Shown here piece after piece: positions 21,114-32,890 of a DNA stretch of 64,000 nucleotides. A program made the position numbers and the translations under genes. The stretch comes from an uncultured Nitrososphaeraceae archaeon (GTDB lineage: Archaea > Thermoproteota > Nitrososphaeria > Nitrososphaerales > Nitrososphaeraceae). The stretch lies in the NCBI GenBank assembly GCA_963765895.1, contig CAVXZB010000059.1:19789-83788 (forward strand). The letters run 5' to 3'. Numbering within the stretch: position 1 is the stretch's first letter; each line of letters begins with the position of its first letter. The notes under the pieces are model-generated. The model had not been told where the DNA came from. It saw only the letters and a list, made by a program, of their open reading frames with translations, and did no database searches.

Positions 21114-22371
21114 TTACCGCGCGCCTACATCCTGTCTCCTTTCTATCTCCTGTAATCTAGATGATAAAGACACAAGTTGATCGGATAGTTGAGATATAGC
21201 ATCATCCTTTACTTTATCACGCTGTCTTAATGACTGATTTAATTCCTCTAATTCCTCTACCTTTGTCTGTATGTCTGCGCCCTGCCTTTGTAGTTGATGG
21301 ACATTAAGGAATGTTAGATAAGACTCAATTTTACGGAATATTTCAGCTTTTTCTGAATCCTTTTTGCGCCAGTATGTAGAACCAGAATGTCCTATGAAAT
21401 ACTCAGAGTAATCGGCGTAACCAAGATCGGAGATCGTGGTCTTTACAAACCTTCTAAATGAATGAAGAGTAATTTGTCTTCGTCTGTTACCATCCTCTCT
21501 AGCACCTTTGCCCATTCTATCTAAGGTTTTTGCAAAAGATTTAACTAAATCCTGATATAGTGAAAGAGTCTTCGTAATGGCCTTGTTTTGGTAAACCGCA
21601 AACACTAGGTCAGAATCATCTTTGATGGGTGTTCGATATTCTGTTACTGTTTTATTTTTTGATGTTGTATTATGTTGATCATTATAAGATACCCTTCTTG
21701 TTCGATATTTATAGTCTATCCACAACTTTAGTTGGTGTGCCGTTTCGTTAGTTAAAAATGCAGTTCTATCTGTCCTTGTTTTAGTATATTCACCTCTTAC
21801 AGAAAACCTCGTAGGTACTGAACCTTCTAGATCAAAATCCTTGATACGGAGAGATAGAGCCTCCTGTGCTCGCATTCCAGTCGAAGCTAGCGAGCATTAC
21901 ATATGTTTTTAGTCTAATATCTGAGCAGGCGTTTAATATGTCGGTAATATCTTCTTTGGATAGTGCTTCTTTATTTTTTCTAATTGATTTCGGTAGTTTT
22001 ACCTTTAGTTCAAACTTCCTTGGGCTAATATCTACATCGTGATATTCCAGAAAATTTTTGACAGTTATAATGCGCTGTTTCATTGTATCAACTGAAATGC
22101 CAGTATTGCTCAAGTATGAACTATATTCGTTTAAAACATCAAAAACATCCTGATCACCTTCTTTAATTCTTCTAATGAGTTTATCTATGGCTAATGCACC
22201 AAATACAGTTGATAGAAAATTCTCGAAGGACGCTAATCTTCTGCTATAGGCATATGCTGTTGCTTTGCTCATTATACTGACGTTTTTGATGTATTTGGAA
22301 ACTGCATCGCTATTATTGATCAGGAGCCTGATGCTCTGCTGGGTTGGTAACGACGATGAATGGTTGGCCAT
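21114..22371 (-). CDS. tyrosine recombinase/integrase (frameshift ~21880)
   Basis: N-terminal core-binding-like domain; catalytic R (MRAQEALSL), K (YTKT), HSFRR, IGH, STYW; C-terminal coiled coil. Confidence 0.92.
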
Positions 22372-22413
22372 GATTACTAGTACTATCTGAATCTATACTT
22401 TTATACCTTTTGT

Positions 22414-22440
22414 ATTCATAGACTTTAATGCCCTATGAAT
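22414..22440. promoter_or_regulatory. candidate integrase core/att-like inverted repeat beside the integrase promoter
   Basis: ATTCATAGAC-TTTAATG-CCCTATGAAT; extra half-site CATAGAC at ~22450; TATA-like TATAAAAG on the minus strand at ~22398-22405. Confidence 0.45.
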
Positions 22441-22585
22441 TGACCAATCCATAGACTAGTTGGGCAGGCTAGATTGGTACTGATTTAATTGTACACTATG
22501 TTGAACCTTAAATAGCATGCATCTAACGGTTTTTAACAGTAAACCCATGTAGAAAATTAACTGTAGAATTCAGATCCTTTAATGT

Positions 22586-22802
22586 TCATAATAGGGGCTC
22601 AGGCACGAAAAATTTATACCAACTCTTACCATCTCGTATGGCACATAATAAATCTATTGTCGTGATCCTACCAATTACTATGCCATTGTCATCAATTGTG
22701 GGTAGACCGTTAAATACTTCTAATATTATCCTTGTAGCGATCTCTACTGCTGTTACGTCATCTTTTGCAGCTACAATATCTACAGACACATTACGTCATA
22801 TA
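22586..22802 (-). pseudogene. single CBS-domain fragment
   Basis: FNGLPTIDDNGIVIGRITTIDLL. Confidence 0.65.
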
Positions 22803-23031
22803 TATTCATAAATTTATTTACTAAAAATGGTTATTAACACTTTTTAATTTTGCTTATGTATTCATGATTAGAGTATACTGGACACATGTACGTCTTTTTT
22901 TATTCCTGTTGGAGGAGTAGGAGGAGGACAACGATGTATGGTATATGAAAAGGAACAAAATCTATCTATCCAGGTCGATGAGACGAGTTTATGAAACTAT
23001 TATGAAAGTTGTTGTCATATAATAAAGCATT

Positions 23032-23595
23032 ATGGTAGAAAGACAAGCAGAAGATACTATAGAAAATATTGATATAGACTCCTCTACACACAAACCAGCA
23101 TATAATACAAGTGCAATAAACCATGCATTGACAAGAGCTAACAAAGACCAAAAGTTTCTAGACTCTGCAATAAAATTACTTGACAATAAACAACAAATGC
23201 AATTCCCAGCTATTAAAGAAGAAATTTTAGATTATATTTCACGTGTAAGTAATGACACGGATGTAATATCATTATTTCAAAGCTTAGATGGCTATATTAG
23301 ATTCAAAGATATATATCACGTGCGAAAAGCACTTGAAGAAAATAATCATGCAAATAAAACAAAACATCAGATAACAGATAGTACACGCAAGAACCCTGAC
23401 GTTAGGACACGCGACATAACAATTGACAGTAGTACAAAAGAGAAAGAAGCTGTAAATTTAAATGAAGAAAGAAAAGACTATCCTGAAGTTACACCGACTG
23501 CTATGTCTAATTATATTTGTGATATGTGTGGCAAACCCTTTCAAACGAGGGATGATCTAGTACATCATCAGAATTTTGAAAAAGGAAAAGCCTAG
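23032..23595 (+). CDS. DUF2795-like domain plus C-terminal C2H2-type zinc finger protein
   Basis: QFPAIKEEIL..FKDIYHV; YICDMCGKPFQTRDDLVHH. Confidence 0.75.
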   Translation: MVERQAEDTIENIDIDSSTHKPAYNTSAINHALTRANKDQKFLDSAIKLLDNKQQMQFPAIKEEILDYISRVSNDTDVISLFQSLDGYIRFKDIYHVRKALEENNHANKTKHQITDSTRKNPDVRTRDITIDSSTKEKEAVNLNEERKDYPEVTPTAMSNYICDMCGKPFQTRDDLVHHQNFEKGKA

Positions 23596-23936
23596 TATTG
23601 GATTATAAAAAAATAAAATGATATAGAGAGAAGAAAGGACTAGAGTACAATATATTCATTAATGATGGATACAACAAAGCAATAAGAAGAAATAATATAC
23701 CTTGATAATCTCCTATATGAAATTGGAGTCATTTATTTGTTTATTATAGACCCTACTACAAAATTACATCTATTTGATCATGATGATTATGCTGTTAATA
23801 TTTCTATCTAAAAATGGCCATGTATTTTACACATGTAGTTATAGTACGACTTAGCCAGCTAATGCAAGCTTGTAATAAATTTAGGTTTTCATCTATGTAT
23901 GAAACGTTAAAAAGCAATAATGTTGTTTTAAAGATT

Positions 23937-24299
23937 ATGTCTTCTCACTCTAATTCTAGTACTAACGATAGTACCAGTGACACCCAGCCACCGAAAGATC
24001 AAATTCCTACTGAGTATAATGAGGAACAGACGCAAAGAGTTATTCGGAAACAACATCGAATATCCGGTGAAGGAAGAGATAAGACTATTTATGATTTCCC
24101 ATATGCGGCAGCAGTAGCACAAGTTCTAAAGGATTTAGACTTTCCAACAAATAAACAGAACATAATTCAACACATTGAACAGAAGCGGTCAGTCATGCCT
24201 GAGAGTAATGAGGTGCTATCCGTATTACAACAAATAGAAGAAAAGGACTATAATAATGTCGCAGAAGTTACTAAAGCAGCAGGCTTGGTGGACGGATAA
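23937..24299 (+). CDS. DUF2795 family protein
   Basis: AAAVAQVLKDLDFPTNKQNII..YNNVAEV; likely start MSSHS at 23937. Confidence 0.78.
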   Translation: MSSHSNSSTNDSTSDTQPPKDQIPTEYNEEQTQRVIRKQHRISGEGRDKTIYDFPYAAAVAQVLKDLDFPTNKQNIIQHIEQKRSVMPESNEVLSVLQQIEEKDYNNVAEVTKAAGLVDG

Positions 24300-24630
24300 C
24301 GTTCGCCAAGCATATCTGCATAATGCAGAAGGTTCCGGAAAAATCGACCATACAATTTTTAAAAAGGCAAGCCTGAAGTCAGTCAAGTTATGTTGCATTA
24401 GTATTTGATAGAACAAATGTCATTATAGATCATGTTGAGAAAATAGTTGTCTCTTTTTCCTCTTCTAATATTTCATCAGAATCATTCTAATTGTTTAAAT
24501 ATCTATTTGTCCTCGAAAGAGTCCAAATTAATTAACTTCCTCTACTATAGCTTTGGGTTTATTGTCATTTTCATTATTGGTTTTTGACGCCACTTATTTT
24601 CTGATCAGTTTTATCATTCATATGGTCTTA

Positions 24631-25205
24631 CTATATCATGCTGCCAACTGATTTTTCAACGTCTACCATATCATGGTATTCTCTATCTGGAAGACTATTT
24701 AGTATATCCAAAATTTTGTTTGAGTCGCTAGAATTAATTTGAGATAAATTTTTCTTTGTATAATTTTTTAAACTACTTTTGCTCTTTGGAAAGTGTATTC
24801 CTGTTAGAAGCTTTGCAATTGCAACTGCTGATACAGAAGCCGTAGCCGCAGTTCTTCCTCCTTGCTTACTAGGTTGCTATATTGATTCAACTTCGTTTGC
24901 CTCTCTTACATTCTTCACACTTTTTAATTCACCTAGTGTCATTGCAACTTCGGCAGAATCTCTGTATATGCGAGATGGAAGAGATTCTATTAATTCAAAA
25001 AAGATCTTTACTAATAGTTGATGCCTTCCAAGATGAATATTGTACCAAATCCATCTTTAGTTTTTGGATAGTCAATGCCAGCTAATACTTTTTCAACATC
25101 TGCGGCAGAAGGAGCCTGTGGTGGATGTGCAGTATCCATATGTCTTTGTAAACGAGATTTCTGTTCAAATCCGTCTTCACAAACACTGCATGTAAATTGA
25201 GCCAT
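24631..25205 (-). pseudogene. C2H2 zinc finger plus two DUF2795 domains (frameshift and in-frame stop)
   Basis: CSVCEDGFEQKSRLQRHMDTAH; LAGIDYPKTK..LPSRIYRDSAEV; LLTGIHFPKSK..LPDREYHDMVDVEK. Confidence 0.75.
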
Positions 25206-25217
25206 TGGACTTTCCTT

Positions 25218-25246
25218 TTATCTTATCTTATCTTATCTTATCTTAT
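25218..25246. repeat. (TTATC)n microsatellite
   Basis: About 6 tandem 5-mers between two DUF2795 genes. Confidence 0.8.
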
Positions 25247-25446
25247 ACTTCCTAATGCCCCTTTCCACTTCTGCCGTATTGTGGTAAATTCTATCAGGTA
25301 TCTCCTCCAAAGTATCAATCACTTGTTCTGGCCGATCTAACTTTATCTTATTTTGTTTTGCGTACTCTATAACCTTATCTTTATCTTTTGGAAAAACTAT
25401 TTCAGATAGTAATTTAGCTATTGCAGCAGCAGATGGTGCCTTACTT
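25238..25446 (-). pseudogene. DUF2795 domain, 5'-truncated
   Basis: APSAAAIAKLLSEIVFPKDKDKVIEYA..IPDRIYHNTAEVE. Confidence 0.7.
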
Positions 25447-25448
25447 GC

Positions 25449-25660
25449 GGCTATGAACTAGTACAGCAAATAAAAAAAATAAAACCAGAGATTAACATTT
25501 TGCTTATGAGTGCATTTGAATATAAAGATTCTGATTTTCAAAAAGGTTTTTCATCATCAGATATAGCTGGATTTATAGAAAAGCCTGTATCTTTACACAA
25601 ATTAAATGAAATGGTACTGCATCTACATAGCAAAGACTTCGCATTCTTCCAATTTAAGTT
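25449..25660 (+). pseudogene. response-regulator receiver domain, C-terminal half
   Basis: GYELVQQIKKIKPEINILLMSAFE..GFIEKPVSLHKL. Confidence 0.7.
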
Positions 25661-25997
25661 AATATTTGATTGATTAATTAACTAATTACTCGTCAGTGTC
25701 TGTAACATTTGCAAAGACATAGGTATTTGCTAACCTAACATATCTTGATTCTTTCAATATCGGTAGTATATTATACTCCAAAGCTCTAATGGTGTCAATA
25801 TTCTATATATGGTAACCATCATAAAGGTGATTCGTGCCCAGATACGATTTTGATTGTTTTGTCTTTATTTATCAAATATAGAGAAGATATGTACGTCTAA
25901 ATCTTATACATCTTGGAATAACGAATAACTTTTGAAGGATTTTTGATTACAGCCGCAAATTAAAACCTAATATAGATGTTACAAGTATATATATGTA

Positions 25998-26903
25998 ATG
26001 TTAGCAAATGAATTAATATGTAAAACATGTAATAAATTCTCTAATCTAATTACAGATGCAGAGTCTGGCGAAACGATTTGTACTAATTGTGGTATAGTTA
26101 TTAATACTGATAAGTCATCACAACAGATTACCCAAGAGCGGCATGCATTTGATGCTATTCAAAGTAGAGTAGGGATGCCACTAACATTAACACGTCATGA
26201 TAGAGGCCTTTCTACAGTAATTGGAAGTCCAGATAAGGATGCTAGTGGACAAGGACTAGACAATTCAGTACGTTCTATGATGCAAAGATTAAGGACATGG
26301 GATTATAGAATTCAAGCTAGTTCACCAACAGATAGAAATCTTAAAAATGCGTTTCAGAAGCTTGAAAGGTTAAAGGGAAAACTTGGATTGCCAAATAATG
26401 TAATAGAAAAGGCAGCCTATATCTATAGAAAAGTGCAGCAACAAAGAATGGTCAGAGGAAGGACAATAGCTGGAGCACTAGCAGCGTCTATTTATGTTGC
26501 TTCCAGGGAGGCTGGAGTTCCACGAACATTAGCTGAGGTAGCGTCTCTTAGCAATGTATCCTACAAGGAGCTCTCAAGAGCATATAGGCAAATAGTTTTA
26601 AATTTGGAATTAAAAGTCCCACTGGTAGATCCAATAAGATGCATTGCAAAGATTGCAAATAAAATGGAGATAAGTGAAAAAACAAAAAGGCATGCTGTGA
26701 ATTATATGCATGATGTGATAACAAGTGGAATTGCCGCTGGAAAGGATCCTATGGGATTGGCAGGAGCAGTTTTATATCTATCGTGTATCCATGGCAATGA
26801 ACAGAGAACTCAGTTAGATGTTGCCGCTGCCTCTGGAGTAACAGAAGTAACTCTGAGAAACAGGTGTAAAGAACTCAACATAAAGATTCCCCAACTCAAT
26901 TAA
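25998..26903 (+). CDS. tfb: transcription initiation factor IIB (TFB) paralog
   Basis: Zn ribbon CKTC..CTNCG, HDRGLSTVIG, RLRTWD, two cyclin repeats, GKDPMGLAG, GVTEVTLRNR. Confidence 0.95.
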   Translation: MLANELICKTCNKFSNLITDAESGETICTNCGIVINTDKSSQQITQERHAFDAIQSRVGMPLTLTRHDRGLSTVIGSPDKDASGQGLDNSVRSMMQRLRTWDYRIQASSPTDRNLKNAFQKLERLKGKLGLPNNVIEKAAYIYRKVQQQRMVRGRTIAGALAASIYVASREAGVPRTLAEVASLSNVSYKELSRAYRQIVLNLELKVPLVDPIRCIAKIANKMEISEKTKRHAVNYMHDVITSGIAAGKDPMGLAGAVLYLSCIHGNEQRTQLDVAAASGVTEVTLRNRCKELNIKIPQLN

Positions 26904-28005
26904 TACAACAACTGAAGCAAAAAAAATAATGTCACAAGAATATTTTTTATTAATGTAGTATATAACATTCTTGCTGTCGCAGGTTGGAATATCTACATAC
27001 AGTTACGCTGTAGACTAAAGAAATACTCTGTTCCGTTATGTATTATATTTATTTTCCCAGTAGTCTTAGCAAATTTTGTTACCATAGCCAAGGTATTCAG
27101 TACAAAACGCAATCAGAGATAGAATAGCAGCTACTAATTGAGCCATTAGGCACTTTACATATTATTTCCTCTACAATTTGAATCAAATGTTGAGGCCTAA
27201 TCAATCTTAATAGCATCGTTGTGGGCCCATCTTTTAAAGGGTGTAATATTCTCTCTTCTATAGTGTTGCTATTTCTATTAATCAAGATAACAGTTTAAAA
27301 TCATATTCAATTGATGTACTTACACAGATTAGTTAAATTTGATTACTTACATGGATTAGACTTATTTGCTTAGTTCTTGTACATACTGCGAGTGTAATTA
27401 ACCTCTCCAAAGTGTTCATCGTCATTACCTCCAACTTCTTTTTTATAACATCATCCTAGTCTGTTACTAATAGCAGTTCTAACTATTAGATAGATAGATA
27501 ATAATGCCTTATAGTAACTATAGAAATTTCCTGCAGGAGTTAATAAACATTGTACAGAGCGAGATCAGTTCAATTGAACAATGCAAGTTATATTTTATGT
27601 TAATACGTAGGAGATTTCTTGAAGGTGCAAGAGGCATAACACTAATTCAGGTTTGCACCTAGGAGTATGTTCAAATAGTAGGAAATTTTGATTAAAATAG
27701 GGTAGAGCTAATCTTAATGATGAAAATTAGACTATAACTGATTTCAGTTGTAAGAGAGGATACAAATTAATAAATACACTTATGCTAGAATGAATTAATT
27801 TGGCAGAATTTATCAAGTTATAAACGAAGAAGGCCTACTGTTAATAATATTACAAAAGATAAAAGATAAAAGAAAATTAAAGAACTTTTAGCACCTAGAA
27901 CACTGTCTACGTACTAATAGGACAAAAAATGAAATTTTTTTGGTTAGCTCAACAAACACTACTCATGGTGATTTCATTAAGTTCTATGATTTATTTTAAT
28001 ATATT

Positions 28006-28140
28006 TTACGCCATTGTATGCTCTTTACGATTATGTTCTGCAAGCTCTTGAGTAGTATCAAAAGTCATATTGCATTGTCCACATGTTAATGATTTGCTTG
28101 TGCTTGTACTGTCTGGGCCAGGTGGAGATTTTGACGACAT
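28006..28140 (-). CDS. 44-aa C2H2 zinc-finger microprotein
   Basis: MSSKSPPGPDSTSTSKSLTCGQCNMTFDTTQELAEHNRKEHTMA*; below the ORF-track cutoff. Confidence 0.75.
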   Translation of the reverse strand: MSSKSPPGPDSTSTSKSLTCGQCNMTFDTTQELAEHNRKEHTMA

Positions 28141-28199
28141 ACTGTTATAGCTTGCATAATATATTATTTATAAATTCAACATAATTTTACAACCGTATA

Positions 28200-28458
28200 T
28201 TCCAGGCAATAGACTCGTAGACCGCAGAGAGTATGAGTAACATTATTATATTTGCACTTTTGATCTGCTGGAACCTGATCAAGGCTAGATAATATTTTAC
28301 AATGTCCTTTTCTTGTATTTTTAGAACACTTTTCAATAGCAGCATGTTTATCGGTATAAGTTTGATGGTTTTGTATGATATATCTTCAGTTCTTGCATCA
28401 ATATCGTGTTCTAATGCATCGCAGGCATACGGTAAAGAAGGCAATTCATATTTTTCAT
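28200..28458 (-). pseudogene. sod: Fe/Mn superoxide dismutase N-terminal relic
   Basis: KYELPSLPYACDALEHDIDART then degenerates. Confidence 0.65.
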
Positions 28459-28621
28459 ATTATGTTTATTTATATTAAAGAAATTAATGTTATAACTTCT
28501 TAAGTCGATTATGTCGCTCGTCTGATTACAGGAATTTCAGTATTACTTGAAATCAAGCTGGATAGTCGATAATTGATTTTAATTCAGTTAATTCGGATTT
28601 AGTAAAGGAGAATTTTATCAA

Positions 28622-29521
28622 TCAATTTTTTAGTCCCGCAAGCATGCGAGTAACCTGATATGTGCTAATCCAGTCTTTTTTTCCCAAGTTGTTTGCAATT
28701 GATGTAATAAACTTATTTCTGACGGAATCAGCAAATGAAAGAGGAGCATAAATATCTGAGGATGTTTGAAGTATAAGTTGAATATCTTTAAAGGCAGACG
28801 ATAGATCAAATCCCACATTATCAAAATCTCTTGTGCGAATTCTGTTTGCATATTGTTTTAATCCAGGATAATCAAAAATCATTTCCAGCAATTCATTCAT
28901 AAGTTGTAAATCCACATTACTTTTCTCTCCCAGAACATATACTTGACCAATTACATCAAGAAGTACTAACATAACATAGTTTGCAGCCAATTTTAAGCTA
29001 TTAGATTTGGCGTGTTCTTTTCCAGTGTTGATAATCCTTTGACAATAACTATTAAATAATCGATCGCATAACCTGATACTTTTCTGATCGCCGGCTACGA
29101 ACGTAATGAGCTTGGCTGCTTTAGCAGCTATAGGATTTCCTAATACGGGAGCGGATAAGTATAAAGAACCGTGTTCATTGTGAATTTTAGCTAATTGGGT
29201 AGAAAGAGATGGAGAAATAGTAGACGTACCAATGTGGATTTTATTTGGTTTCAAGCCAGATAATATTCCTTCTTCGTTTGTAACTACATCTAGTAATGCA
29301 TGATCATCACTTAGGCTAGTCAATATAACGTCTGATTTTGCTGCGGCTTCTTTTGGACTAGCTACGCTATTGGCCTCTGCTTCAACTAAGGTATAAGTTT
29401 TCTCTATTGTTCTATTATAAACCACAAGGTTAAATCGTGATTTTAAAATATTTTTTGCTATGGCAGTTCCCATTCGACCAAGACCAATAATGCCGATATT
29501 TTGAATAGATTCTGCTGGCAT
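28622..29521 (-). CDS. NAD(P)-dependent oxidoreductase, 3-hydroxyisobutyrate/6-phosphogluconate dehydrogenase family
   Basis: IGIIGLGRMG, YNRT, STISP, SAPVLG, LKLAAN, AFKDI. Confidence 0.9.
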   Translation of the reverse strand: MPAESIQNIGIIGLGRMGTAIAKNILKSRFNLVVYNRTIEKTYTLVEAEANSVASPKEAAAKSDVILTSLSDDHALLDVVTNEEGILSGLKPNKIHIGTSTISPSLSTQLAKIHNEHGSLYLSAPVLGNPIAAKAAKLITFVAGDQKSIRLCDRLFNSYCQRIINTGKEHAKSNSLKLAANYVMLVLLDVIGQVYVLGEKSNVDLQLMNELLEMIFDYPGLKQYANRIRTRDFDNVGFDLSSAFKDIQLILQTSSDIYAPLSFADSVRNKFITSIANNLGKKDWISTYQVTRMLAGLKN

Positions 29522-29891
29522 TTACTTTATTCATAATTTACTATTCTCTATTTCTAATAATACTTTGCAGCCTTATTAAGGCCAGAAGTCTTTATTAAGA
29601 TTTGGAATTAGAAGAATTTTTGTCAGAGTGGATAATTTTTCCTTATGATAGCAACGTGCAAATAGATTTAACCATTTTAATATTTGCTTTAATTTGCAAT
29701 TTTTTCTTTCTAATGAAAAATACTCGACAACTAAATTCTATCCGTTATGTACTATATCGTTATTTCTATGACAATGCGAGTAGGCTAGATCAATAAAGCC
29801 TGATACGGTCTTTTTCATTTTCATATTTTACCATATTTTCATATAACCTTTCAAAACTTCGACATTTTTAATTTTTCTCTGGTGGACGGAG

Positions 29892-30915
29892 TCAAAAATA
29901 AGTCAGCACTTTTTTACTGAATTCCTGAATAAATTTGATTTCATTGGGGCTACTACTAGGGATATATATCCTTGTAAATCCCATCTTAAAATATTCTTCT
30001 ATTGGTTTAATTGTGTCTTTAATTGAAGTAATAATCTGTATATATTCCTTAAGCTTTTCATCTGGAACTTCTTCCTTTGCTCTTTGTTCTAATTCCCTTG
30101 GATCATTTATATCTAAATTGAAAGCATCTTCTATTGCTGTCGCTTGCCAAAATTTTGTGGACTCAAAAGCTTCATCATAGTCCTCTGAAAATGACACTTT
30201 GTACTCGGCTATCTTTTCTAAAGATCCCAGTTCCCTTTTATTTTCTTTAGCTTCTTTATCAAATACATCAAATATTTCTGCTGCCTTATCTGGTTTTACA
30301 ACTGTAATTATGTCATCACTATACTTTGCAGCAGTTTTTTATAGATTCTTCTCCAACAGCAGCCATGTATAGAGGTATATTTTGAGATGGAGGAGAGTAC
30401 AATTTTGCGTTTCTAATTTTAAAGTATTTGCCAATGAAGTTCACGAAACCATCACTGCCAAAGCCCTTATTATTGTCTTCTCCATCTTTTTTCCACAATT
30501 TTCTTATGATTTGTATTGCTTCAGTGGTTCTATCTAATCTCACTTTGGCATCAGGCCATTCAAAGCCAAGAGAAACTTCATTCATGGCCTCTCCTGTGCC
30601 TATACCAAGACCTATTCTTTTAGGGTAAAGTATATCAAGCGATGCAAATGCCTGAGCTATTACTGCTGGATTATAGCGATAAACTGCAGCAGTTACTCCT
30701 GTTACGAACTGTATTTTTTGTTCTCTCGGCTGCAGCAGCTATCCAAATCCAAGTAAAATTTCCATAACCATTATCATGCCATCATGGATGAAAGTGATCA
30801 CTAGTCATCGCAGTAGTGAACCCGCATCTTTCTGCTTCCTTTACAATTCAAATAAATTAGCCATAGAATATTGTTCTTGGGCAACCCAGTAGCCAAGTGT
30901 GTTGTTACGCGTCAT
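29892..30915 (-). pseudogene. F420-dependent LLM oxidoreductase (G6PDH-like), multiple frameshifts
   Basis: AQEQY, TSDHFHP, RYNPAVIAQAFASL, GLGIGTGEAMNE, PLYMAAVG. Confidence 0.85.
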
Positions 30916-31516
30916 ATTCTTGCCTCTTACCTAAATTCATAACTTACTATTTTGTTGCCCGTCTCATCTGTTTTAGATATATCCTCATGCAAAAGCTTTC
31001 TTATTGATGAAAACATTTCATAACGTCAGTATACCATAAATTATTTAATAATTACATGGAGTATTATAATTATTATGTTCCTGTAATTAGTGACTTTAAG
31101 AGCTCTATTCTGATTATATTCCAGCAGTATAAGTTATAATGTCTCAAATTAGTAAAATGTCACTACATGGTAGCAAAGAAAAAGTTGAACAAAAACTATG
31201 TGAGTCCATTGCTTTAGAAATGTCTGTACAAAAATCAGTCCAAGAATTATTCGAGGCTATTAGGTGAACTAAATGGAGTAGCTAGGTTACCTATGCTTAA
31301 TGGAGTAATATTGATCTGGCCTTGGAGATGTAGTATTTGCTATTTATCAATGTTATTTAGACTCGTTATTTAGCCCTTGGTATTGTAAGTACCTGCAAAG
31401 AAAATACCTGGTTAACACAAGAATCTATCTTAAATTGTACACACATCGTAGATGAATTCATGATTCATTTTATAATATCATGTTGTAAACGCATCTGAAA
31501 TTATAGATGTATTCTG

Positions 31517-31568
31517 ACATTATTACTAACATTATTACTAACATTATTACTAACATTATTACTAACAT
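31517..31568. repeat. tandem repeat (ACATTATTACTA)x4.3
   Basis: Exact intergenic 12-bp tandem repeat. Confidence 0.9.
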
Positions 31569-31828
31569 ACAATATTAGGTAGTCATTGGTTGGTGAAAAT
31601 TAATTTAAGTTGAGTTAGCATCTTTATTCCGGTTTCCATCTTATAACGAACTTCATTTGAACAGATATTTTATTAAATTCGATTATTATAACTACAATAT
31701 ACAATAAAACGATGATTAATAATAATTACATAAATTGTAGATGATTACATGAGATTCTGGGTTATAGTTACTTTTTTAGGTATGTATCTTTTCCCTACTG
31801 TTATATATTAGAAGAGGGAAAAATATGC

Positions 31829-32254
31829 ATGGATATATCGAAAAAGGATTCTCATTCAGATCAAGAGTTAATGAAAATATATGATTTGAGAAATATTGCA
31901 GTCGTTGGAATGTCCAATAAAGAAGGAAAACCTGGTTACTTTGTACCTAAATACCTAATTGAACGTGGATATAATGTGATTCCAGTAAATCCTACTTTAA
32001 AGGAAGTACTTGGAAAAACATCATATCCAGACATTGCCTCTATACCAACTAAAATAGACATCATTGATATATTTAGGAAATCCGAAGATGTACCTCCAGT
32101 CGTAGAGGATGCTTTGAAGAAAAAAGGCGTGAAAATCATATGGATGCAAGAAGGCATATACAACGAAGATGCCGAAAAAATGGCTAAGGAAAATGGGTTG
32201 GACGTTTTATTTAATAGATGTATGATGGCAGAACATAGGAGACTATTTAAATGA
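31829..32254 (+). CDS. CoA-binding protein (YccU-like)
   Basis: IAVVGMS, GYNVIPVNP, IDIFRKSE, IWMQEGI, NRCMM. Confidence 0.92.
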   Translation: MDISKKDSHSDQELMKIYDLRNIAVVGMSNKEGKPGYFVPKYLIERGYNVIPVNPTLKEVLGKTSYPDIASIPTKIDIIDIFRKSEDVPPVVEDALKKKGVKIIWMQEGIYNEDAEKMAKENGLDVLFNRCMMAEHRRLFK

Positions 32255-32890
32255 ATAAATTATGGTGTAATTATTTTTATAATAACAAACTGCGGCATCA
32301 TCTTACCTCCAATACGTTAACCTATTATATTACGATATTGTCAATAGTATCATTAAAAGTAGTTTGATTCATGTGATAGATATGTATTTCTGAGTTTAAA
32401 AGTAATTAAACATTGTAACAAATAAATACCTTTCCACAGCAATTACACTTACATAGGTTTAAGGTAGTTTTAACATTAACTCAAGATTAATGCTCAGATT
32501 ATCACAATTCTCCAAATAATTGGAGTTATTGCGAATGTAGTTCTTTACCTTCATCAACTGTTGTAGTATCTGTATGTCTATGCACCTATATGTCTATCCT
32601 GTGTATACACCAGTCTATAAAATTGTCATCCCATCGAGGCACCACACAGATACCCGTTGATAACACAGAAGAAGAAATGTGACTACGTTTAGATCACGAC
32701 TGTCATTTCACACATAATCTAACACTTATTCTGATACCTAGAATCCAATGAATGTAGTCCAAATATAATATTTGTCTACTATCTCATTTGCATGATCAGA
32801 TTAGGAGGAATTTCCATATTTATGATGAGTTAACATAGTTAAACCAGTTTTATTAACCATTGATGAAAATCTATTGTAGCACGTAATAAG

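Larger units (their letters stand above)
1..22460. mobile_element. integrated MCM/tyrosine-integrase island (probably several nested or decayed elements; left end not located)
   Basis: MCM plus integrase, iteron-like arrays, repeated non-coding element and patchwork cargo. Confidence 0.6.

Noticed and set aside
21119-21126. AGGCGCGC at the integrase 3' end matching the terminal motif of element X
   Set aside because: Only 8 bp with no flanking homology; may be chance.
27097-27285. Possible MGMT/Atl-like fragment (QIVEEIICKVPNG)
   Set aside because: Too short and degenerate; no PCHR/PWHR motif.
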